Source: a virus (Duplodnaviria; Heunggongvirae; Uroviricota; Caudoviricetes). From it: a DNA stretch of 14,294 bases. Numbering within the stretch: position 1 is the stretch's first letter; every line of letters starts with the position of its first letter. The notes under the pieces are model-generated. The model ran no database searches. It saw only the letters and a list, made by a program, of their open reading frames with translations, and was not told the DNA's origin. Positions 6,619 to 14,294 of the stretch are shown here, piece after piece. The stretch lies in IMG/VR virus record IMGVR_UViG_2859657292_000001. One strand, given 5' to 3'. The translations under genes were made by a program, and so were the position numbers.

Positions 6619-6655
6619 GATGAAGCGAACACAAACCGCTTGTGTTCGCTTCATC
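6619..6655. terminator. Perfect 16-bp inverted repeat between convergent genes (probable bidirectional terminator or insulator)
   Basis: GATGAAGCGAACACAA (6619-6634), loop ACCGC, TTGTGTTCGCTTCATC (6640-6655). No immediate U-tract on either strand. Confidence 0.6.
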
Positions 6656-7453
6656 TCAAATTTCGTTTTTTTCGAATGCTGATATCACACCGGCAAGAAT
6701 ACCGAAATCAGCGCTAGGCCAATCAGTAAGCAGACTCATATCATAATCAGTTTTATCTAAGTCCCAAGTTCCCCTCTTGAAACAACATTTTTGGATTTTA
6801 ATATTGTTATCCAAAATGGCATTTCTTAAATTATCATTTTCGAGTGCTGTAAGTTCAAAATCATCATTGTTGATTCCTATGAATATTTCTTTAATAATAT
6901 TTGTGCCTGGTGCCTTGTATATATAAAACCTATCTTCTTCATCATCACCGATAGGTATCAATTTGTCACTTTCAATAACAATTCGAACTTCTTTCTCATA
7001 TTCCCAATGTTGGCTTTTTCTAAATAAGACCTTTTTAACTATATCCTTGTTTTTAAAGTTTTTATCGGAGATGATGACTCTGGATTTGTCTCGCTCATCG
7101 AGATAATCAATACCCCCTTCATTCGCAGTGATTAAACAAAGATTCTCATCGTTAAACCCTGCTAATTCGGTATCAATGCCAACTACATAACCTCTGTGGT
7201 GTTGAGCATAGTGAGACCACATTAGGACTTCTAAAGGTGATCTGGATAAGCATAGACTGGCTAGGTCTGAATTGATCTTTGAGCGAAACGTCAAATGCGC
7301 TAGCGAGTCTTTATCTTCAGAGGCAAACGATACACCGTATGTTTCGAAAGGATCATTGAACTGACCAACTGGAGTAAATTTGAAGCTGGTTGCGTCATGA
7401 TCAAAAAACAGTTTTAAAGTTTCTTCTGGGACGTATTTGTACAATATCATCAT
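6656..7453 (-). CDS. DUF2971-like protein, low-GC accessory (moron-like) gene, 265 aa
   Basis: Motifs LYKY, FNDPFE, LCLSR..LMWSHYA..HRGYVVGID and KSQHWEYEKEVR. About 36% GC (282/780 counted over 6661-7440), visibly lower than its neighbours. SD-like AAGG upstream. Confidence 0.75.
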   Translation of the reverse strand: MMILYKYVPEETLKLFFDHDATSFKFTPVGQFNDPFETYGVSFASEDKDSLAHLTFRSKINSDLASLCLSRSPLEVLMWSHYAQHHRGYVVGIDTELAGFNDENLCLITANEGGIDYLDERDKSRVIISDKNFKNKDIVKKVLFRKSQHWEYEKEVRIVIESDKLIPIGDDEEDRFYIYKAPGTNIIKEIFIGINNDDFELTALENDNLRNAILDNNIKIQKCCFKRGTWDLDKTDYDMSLLTDWPSADFGILAGVISAFEKNEI

Positions 7454-7542
7454 GTCGCCTTTTGTTGAGGTTTAGAAAGGATTATGCACTTTTTTGTGTT
7501 TCATGACAGTACTCAGAATCTGGTGGGTACTTCGAGTTCAGA

Positions 7543-7598
7543 ACCTGCTTCTGTATATAAATACTAAGTTACTTATTATTATTTATACGGAAGCAGGT
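7543..7598. repeat. 56-bp imperfect palindrome
   Basis: ACCTGCTTCTGTATA (7543-7557) pairs with TATACGGAAGCAGGT (7584-7598) at 14/15 plus one G-T. The inner AATA-C-TAAGT-T-ACTTA-T-TATT is also symmetric. Followed by CTTTTT on the plus strand. Confidence 0.85.
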
Positions 7599-7643
7599 CT
7601 TTTTCTATGCCAACTTCCCAGACACATTCCCTTCCGTTTCCAC

Positions 7644-7672
7644 TTCCAAAAACAGTCTCCAGTCGCTATGAT
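7644..7672 (+). promoter_or_regulatory. Sigma70 promoter candidate for the 7717 ORF
   Basis: TTCCAA (7644-7649), 17-bp spacer, TATGAT (7667-7672). Confidence 0.45.
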
Positions 7673-7682
7673 TCGCTCATTA

Positions 7683-7706
7683 TGATAAGTAAGTAACTAC
7701 CTATCA
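7683..7706. promoter_or_regulatory. Candidate operator: imperfect 24-bp palindrome TGATAAGTAAGTAACTACCTATCA
   Basis: Outer TGATA/TATCA and GTA/TAC arms pair. Its right 18 bp match 2831-2848 at 15/18. Confidence 0.55.
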
Positions 7707-7716
7707 GGCGGAGCAC

Positions 7717-8442
7717 ATGAGCCAGATCTTCTTTAACACTATTAACAACGACCAGTACGACTTCATGACCGAGTGGGACACCACAGTCATGGACAAGTGG
7801 GTGGCCGAGAATATTGGGCTGTCACGCTGCAAGGATGAGGCGGAGCTGTTCGAGACAAAGTGGTTTGATTACCGCGACATGCACCCGCTTATGGCCACAT
7901 GCCTCTTCACTGAGGCATACAAGCGCCAGTACTCATACATCATGCTGTCGCATGGCCGAGAACACTATGAGACGGCCCAATTCACTACCGGTTTGAAACG
8001 TGTGCCGTATCAGGAGCTGTCGACGGCCAACAAAACGTCTCTCTGGAAAGCACGCCAGTTTGCCGACCAGTACTGCTGCTCTTATGACTACTTCATTTCT
8101 ACCGTTCTTTCCGCAGCTGCACGCCGTCTGTGGGACAAATTACCTCGCCCCCAGCATCTCTGGCAGCCCGAGCTGATCGAGATATTCGAAGAGAAGTTAG
8201 CCAAACGCGCTGTAACCCGTCTGGATGACTCTCTGGTGAGTTTTAAGCATCTGGGAGACATGCAGCACGACCCGATTCAAGAACGCTATTTTGAGTGGGT
8301 TCTGGAGCGTCTGCGTGGCATTACCCGAGATAAACGCGTCCGCATCATCTTCTCCGCTGTCTGGTTGATGGAAATCGTGCCTGAGCGTGTGATTTACGCG
8401 CACTTCCCGGAAGAACTGGAAGAAGCACGGCGATTCTGTTGA
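7717..8442 (+). CDS. Phage protein of unknown function directly upstream of the helicase, 241 aa
   Basis: Long ORF with SD GGAG (7710-7713) and codon usage like the phage backbone. No family confidently recognised. Confidence 0.8.
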   Translation: MSQIFFNTINNDQYDFMTEWDTTVMDKWVAENIGLSRCKDEAELFETKWFDYRDMHPLMATCLFTEAYKRQYSYIMLSHGREHYETAQFTTGLKRVPYQELSTANKTSLWKARQFADQYCCSYDYFISTVLSAAARRLWDKLPRPQHLWQPELIEIFEEKLAKRAVTRLDDSLVSFKHLGDMQHDPIQERYFEWVLERLRGITRDKRVRIIFSAVWLMEIVPERVIYAHFPEELEEARRFC

Positions 8443-8483
8443 TCCCCTATTTGGCTTTTTTAGTATTAGAAAACAAATTGTTT
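8439..8483 (+). promoter_or_regulatory. Helicase promoter candidate with overlapping operator TATTAGAAAACAAATTGTTT (8464-8483)
   Basis: TTGATC (8439-8444), 16-bp spacer, TAGTAT (8461-8466). Palindrome AAACAA-A-TTGTTT (8471-8483) lies over the predicted +1. Confidence 0.55.
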
Positions 8484-8502
8484 AAGCACCAAAGGAAAGC
8501 AC

Positions 8503-8856
8503 ATGACCGAACTTTGCCACACAGGACGAGGGTTGTCTGAAGAGTTCGACGACGACTTCCAGAATCGACTCGCAGCCTACTTCTGTCGCGACCATGAATT
8601 TCTGACTCGCGCCGGTGATCTGGTTGCGCCAAACCAGTTCTCCAATGCGGTCAACGCCATTCTGGTGAACATGGTGTCGGGCTACTACAGAATGTATAAG
8701 AGCGCACCATCATCGTCGGCCATCCTCGACATGCTCAAACGCGCCAAACGCGATAAGACGATCCGCGAAGAGCTGTTCCCAGACGTAGTTGAGGCGTTTA
8801 AGCGGATTCTCGCTGAGAAGCTGTCAGATACGGCGTATATGGTCGACGGGGTCTGA
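8503..8856 (+). pseudogene. DnaB/T4 gp41-type replicative helicase, 5' fragment (115 native codons, then G-V-stop read from the Tn2 IR)
   Basis: The frame continues after the transposon (see 13798-14294) into a superfamily 4 helicase motor domain. Confidence 0.85.
8797..8847 (+). repeat. Left copy of a 51-bp direct repeat abutting Tn2
   Basis: TTTAAGCGGATTCTCGCTGAGAAGCTGTCAGATACGGCGTATATGGTCGAC, identical to 13798-13848. Confidence 0.97.
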
Positions 8857-8885
8857 CGCTCAGTGGAACGAAAACTCACGTTAAG
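8848..8885 (+). repeat. Tn2 38-bp terminal inverted repeat (bla end)
   Basis: GGGGTCTGACGCTCAGTGGAACGAAAACTCACGTTAAG. Confidence 0.98.
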
Positions 8886-8994
8886 GGATTTTGGTCATGA
8901 GATTATCAAAAAGGATCTTCACCTAGATCCTTTTAAATTAAAAATGAAGTTTTAAATCAATCTAAAGTATATATGAGTAAACTTGGTCTGACAG

Positions 8995-9867
<873 letters not shown>

Positions 9868-9896
9868 TCAATATTATTGAAGCATTTACCAGGGTT

Positions 9897-9925
9897 ATTG
9901 TCTCATGAGCGGATACATATTTGAA
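9897..9925 (-). promoter_or_regulatory. blaTEM P3 promoter (weak type)
   Basis: Minus strand TTCAAA (9925-9920) ... GACAAT (9902-9897). C32 and G162 (Sutcliffe numbering) are retained, so it is neither Pa/Pb nor P4. Confidence 0.85.
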
Positions 9926-10037
9926 TGTATTTAGAAAAATAAACAAATAGGGGTTCCGCGCACATTTCCCCGAAAAGTGCCACCTGACGTCTAAGAAACC
10001 ATTATTATCATGACATTAACCTATAAAAATAGGCGTA

Positions 10038-10714
<677 letters not shown>

Positions 10715-10758
10715 GTTGGAAAAATGTTACTAAATGCCCGTCAGGCAGGGAGGCCGAT

Positions 10759-13700
10759 ATGCCCGTTGACTTTCTGACCACTGAGCAGACTGAAAGCTAT
10801 GGCAGATTCACCGGTGAACCGGATGAGCTTCAGCTGGCACGATATTTTCACCTTGATGAAGCAGACAAGGAATTTATCGGAAAAAGCAGAGGTGATCACA
10901 ACCGTCTGGGCATTGCCCTGCAAATTGGATGTGTCCGTTTTCTGGGCACCTTCCTCACCGATATGAATCATATTCCTTCCGGCGTCCGGCATTTTACCGC
11001 CAGACAGCTCGGGATTCGTGATATCACCGTTCTTGCAGAATACGGTCAGAGGGAAAATACCCGCCGTGAGCATGCAGCGCTGATACGTCAGCACTATCAG
11101 TATCGTGAATTTGCCTGGCCCTGGACATTTCGCCTTACCCGTCTTTTATATACCCGGAGCTGGATAAGCAATGAACGTCCTGGCCTGCTTTTCGATCTGG
11201 CGACAGGGTGGCTTATGCAACATCGTATTATTCTCCCCGGAGCCACTACGCTGACCCGGTTGATTTCAGAGGTAAGGGAAAAGGCGACGTTGCGCCTGTG
11301 GAACAAACTGGCACTGATACCGTCAGCCGAACAGCGTTCACAGCTGGAGATGCTGCTGGGGCCAACTGATTGCAGCCGCCTGTCTTTACTGGAATCACTG
11401 AAAAAGGGCCCTGTGACCATCAGTGGTCCGGCGTTTAATGAAGCAATTGAACGCTGGAAAACTCTGAACGATTTTGGCCTGCATGCTGAAAACCTGAGTA
11501 CACTCCCGGCTGTGCGCCTGAAAAATCTCGCACGTTATGCTGGTATGACTTCGGTGTTCAATATTGCCAGGATGTCACCGCAGAAAAGGATGGCGGTTCT
11601 GGTTGCCTTTGTCCTTGCATGGGAAACGCTGGCGCTGGATGATGCATTGGACGTTCTGGACGCCATGCTGGCCGTTATCATCCGTGACGCCAGAAAGATT
11701 GGGCAGAAAAAACGGCTCCGCTCGCTGAAGGATCTGGATAAATCTGCATTGGCGCTCGCCAGCGCATGTTCGTACCTGCTGAAAGAAGAAACACCGGACG
11801 AATCGATTCGTGCTGAGGTGTTCAGCTACATCCCAAGGCAAAAGCTGGCTGAAATCATCACGCTTGTCCGTGAAATTGCCCGGCCCTCAGACGATAATTT
11901 TCATGAAGAAATGGTGGAGCAGTACGGGCGCGTTCGTCGTTTCCTGCCCCATCTGCTGAATACCGTTAAATTTTCATCCGCACCTGCCGGGGTTACCACT
12001 CTGAATGCCTGTGACTACCTCAGCCGGGAGTTCAGCTCACGGCGGCAGTTTTTTGACGACGCACCAACGGAAATTATCAGTCGGTCATGGAAACGGCTGG
12101 TGATTAACAAGGAAAAACATATCACCCGCAGGGGATACACGCTCTGCTTTCTCAGTAAACTGCAGGATAGTCTGAGGCGGAGGGATGTCTACGTTACCGG
12201 CAGTAACCGGTGGGGAGATCCTCGTGCAAGATTACTACAGGGTGCTGACTGGCAGGCAAACCGGATTAAGGTTTATCGTTCTTTGGGGCACCCGACAGAC
12301 CCGCAGGAAGCAATAAAATCTCTGGGTCATCAGCTTGATAGTCGTTACAGACAGGTTGCTGCACGTCTTTGCGAAAATGAGGCTGTCGAACTCGATGTTT
12401 CTGGCCCGAAGCCCCGGTTGACAATTTCTCCCCTCGCCAGTCTTGATGAGCCGGACAGTCTGAAACGACTGAGCAAAATGATCAGTGATCTACTCCCTCC
12501 GGTGGATTTAACGGAGTTGCTGCTCGAAATTAACGCCCATACCGGATTTGCTGATGAGTTTTTCCATGCTAGTGAAGCCAGTGCCAGAGTTGATGATCTG
12601 CCCGTCAGCATCAGCGCCGTGCTGATGGCTGAAGCCTGCAATATCGGTCTGGAACCACTGATCAGATCAAATGTTCCTGCACTGACCCGACACCGGCTGA
12701 ACTGGACAAAAGCGAACTATCTGCGGGCTGAAACTATCACCAGCGCTAATGCCAGACTGGTTGATTTTCAGGCAACGCTGCCACTGGCACAGATATGGGG
12801 TGGAGGAGAAGTGGCATCTGCAGATGGAATGCGCTTTGTTACGCCAGTCAGAACAATCAATGCCGGACCGAACCGCAAATACTTTGGTAATAACAGAGGG
12901 ATCACCTGGTACAACTTTGTGTCCGATCAGTATTCCGGCTTTCATGGCATCGTTATACCGGGGACGCTGAGGGACTCTATCTTTGTGCTGGAAGGTCTTC
13001 TGGAACAGGAGACCGGGCTGAATCCAACCGAAATTATGACCGATACAGCAGGTGCCAGCGAACTTGTCTTTGGCCTTTTCTGGCTGCTGGGATACCAGTT
13101 TTCTCCACGCCTGGCTGATGCCGGTGCTTCGGTTTTCTGGCGAATGGACCATGATGCCGACTATGGCGTGCTGAATGATATTGCCAGAGGGCAATCAGAT
13201 CCCCGAAAAATAGTCCTTCAGTGGGACGAAATGATCCGGACCGCTGGCTCCCTGAAGCTGGGCAAAGTACAGGTTTCAGTGCTGGTCCGTTCATTGCTGA
13301 AAAGTGAACGTCCTTCCGGACTGACTCAGGCAATCATTGAAGTGGGGCGCATCAACAAAACGCTGTATCTGCTTAATTATATTGATGATGAAGATTACCG
13401 CCGGCGCATTCTGACCCAGCTTAATCGGGGAGAAAGTCGCCATGCCGTTGCCAGAGCCATCTGTCACGGTCAAAAAGGTGAGATAAGAAAACGATATACC
13501 GACGGTCAGGAAGATCAACTGGGCACACTGGGGCTGGTCACTAACGCCGTCGTGTTATGGAACACTATTTATATGCAGGCAGCCCTGGATCATCTCCGGG
13601 CGCAGGGTGAAACACTGAATGATGAAGATATCGCACGCCTCTCCCCGCTTTGCCACGGACATATCAATATGCTCGGCCATTATTCCTTCACGCTGGCAGA

Positions 13701-13764
13701 ACTGGTGACCAAAGGACATCTGAGACCATTAAAAGAGGCGTCAGAGGCAGAAAACGTTGCTTAA
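10759..13764 (+). CDS. tnpA: Tn3-family DDE transposase, 1001 aa, intact
   Basis: MPVDFLTTEQ...EASEAENVA. SD GGGAGG before ATG 10759; the stop lies inside the IR. Confidence 0.97.
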   Translation: MPVDFLTTEQTESYGRFTGEPDELQLARYFHLDEADKEFIGKSRGDHNRLGIALQIGCVRFLGTFLTDMNHIPSGVRHFTARQLGIRDITVLAEYGQRENTRREHAALIRQHYQYREFAWPWTFRLTRLLYTRSWISNERPGLLFDLATGWLMQHRIILPGATTLTRLISEVREKATLRLWNKLALIPSAEQRSQLEMLLGPTDCSRLSLLESLKKGPVTISGPAFNEAIERWKTLNDFGLHAENLSTLPAVRLKNLARYAGMTSVFNIARMSPQKRMAVLVAFVLAWETLALDDALDVLDAMLAVIIRDARKIGQKKRLRSLKDLDKSALALASACSYLLKEETPDESIRAEVFSYIPRQKLAEIITLVREIARPSDDNFHEEMVEQYGRVRRFLPHLLNTVKFSSAPAGVTTLNACDYLSREFSSRRQFFDDAPTEIISRSWKRLVINKEKHITRRGYTLCFLSKLQDSLRRRDVYVTGSNRWGDPRARLLQGADWQANRIKVYRSLGHPTDPQEAIKSLGHQLDSRYRQVAARLCENEAVELDVSGPKPRLTISPLASLDEPDSLKRLSKMISDLLPPVDLTELLLEINAHTGFADEFFHASEASARVDDLPVSISAVLMAEACNIGLEPLIRSNVPALTRHRLNWTKANYLRAETITSANARLVDFQATLPLAQIWGGGEVASADGMRFVTPVRTINAGPNRKYFGNNRGITWYNFVSDQYSGFHGIVIPGTLRDSIFVLEGLLEQETGLNPTEIMTDTAGASELVFGLFWLLGYQFSPRLADAGASVFWRMDHDADYGVLNDIARGQSDPRKIVLQWDEMIRTAGSLKLGKVQVSVLVRSLLKSERPSGLTQAIIEVGRINKTLYLLNYIDDEDYRRRILTQLNRGESRHAVARAICHGQKGEIRKRYTDGQEDQLGTLGLVTNAVVLWNTIYMQAALDHLRAQGETLNDEDIARLSPLCHGHINMLGHYSFTLAELVTKGHLRPLKEASEAENVA

Positions 13765-13797
13765 CGTGAGTTTTCGTTCCACTGAGCGTCAGACCCC
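13760..13797 (-). repeat. Tn2 38-bp terminal inverted repeat (tnpA end)
   Basis: CTTAACGTGAGTTTTCGTTCCACTGAGCGTCAGACCCC, the exact complement of the left IR. Confidence 0.98.
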
Positions 13798-13848
13798 TTT
13801 AAGCGGATTCTCGCTGAGAAGCTGTCAGATACGGCGTATATGGTCGAC
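13798..13848 (+). repeat. Right copy of the 51-bp direct repeat
   Basis: Identical to 8797-8847 and starts immediately after the IR. Confidence 0.97.
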
Positions 13849-14294
13849 CAGGTCGCGACGTTTGCCAAAAGCGTAGCGTTCGACGACGCGCTGATTAAAG
13901 CGGCTGAGATGAAAGAGAAGGGCGATTTTCAGGGCGCGATGGCAATCATGGCCAAAGTCCAGCAAATTGGCTCTAACGAAGCGACCGGCATTTACGATTA
14001 CTTCTCTGAATCAGCAGAGCGTTACAAGGCGCGTGAGTACGAAGCGTCCGACGATTACGTGCCAAACAGCATCACAACGGGTCTACCGCTGCTCGACAAG
14101 CTGCTTTACCAGAAAGGCTGGGCAAAGCGTGAAATTGTGCTGTTCATGGGCTTCGCGAAGTCTGGTAAATCGACGGCGATGGGAGAGTTCTCCATCAACG
14201 CCACGCTTGCCGGTTACAACGTCCTGTATCTGTCGCTGGAAGTTCACACCTCCATTCTGTCAGATCGCTTTGACGCCCGTCTGTCTGAGACCGA
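13798..14294 (+). pseudogene. DnaB/T4 gp41-type helicase, 3' fragment (resumes at codon 99, runs off the window)
   Basis: My translation: FKRILAEKLSDTAYMVDQVATFAK...ITTGLPLLDKLL...LFMGFAKSGKST (Walker A, 14149-14172)...YNVLYLSLEV...RFDARL. No stop codon to the window end. Not in the supplied ORF track. Confidence 0.9.

Noticed and set aside
7543-7598. Resemblance to loxP arms (CTTC.GTATA / TATAC.GAAG) or to a 56-bp protelomerase telRL site
   Set aside because: The arm spacing is 26 bp rather than 8, and each arm has an extra base. The sequence does not resemble N15 telRL beyond its length, and no recombinase or protelomerase gene is in the window.
8843-8847. Canonical 5-bp target-site duplication for Tn2
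   Set aside because: The left flank ends TCGAC and the right flank begins TTTAA. They do not match; the real repeat is 51 bp.
13762-13800. tnpA and the helicase 3' fragment are in the same reading frame, suggesting a transposase-helicase fusion
   Set aside because: Two in-frame stops intervene (TAA 13762-13764 and TGA 13783-13785), so double read-through is implausible.

Overview
Part of a temperate phage or phage-plasmid of Enterobacteriaceae. Gene content and order resemble the SSU5/pHCM2-like phage-plasmids (my inference; no repA or capsid gene is in the window). In order: 3' end of a mosaic long tail fibre with a T2 gp37-like tip and autocleaving chaperone; a T-even gp38-type adhesin; a lysis cassette (holin candidate, lysozyme-like protein with a C-terminal membrane tail, overlapped i-/o-spanins); an AtaRT/KacAT-type GNAT toxin-antitoxin pair on the minus strand; a type Ib partition pair (ParA plus small RHH protein); a low-GC DUF2971-like gene between two long hairpins; an unknown ORF; and a T4 gp41/DnaB-type helicase gene split by a complete 4950-bp Tn2 (blaTEM-1b, tnpR, res, tnpA). 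The clearest anomaly is that Tn2 is flanked by an exact 51-bp direct repeat instead of the usual 5-bp target duplication. Other signals are two families of shared palindromic operator-like motifs, a ~240-nt AT-rich leader between the TA promoter and the antitoxin, and a 56-bp near-palindrome. All family assignments come from recognising motifs by eye; no searches were run.
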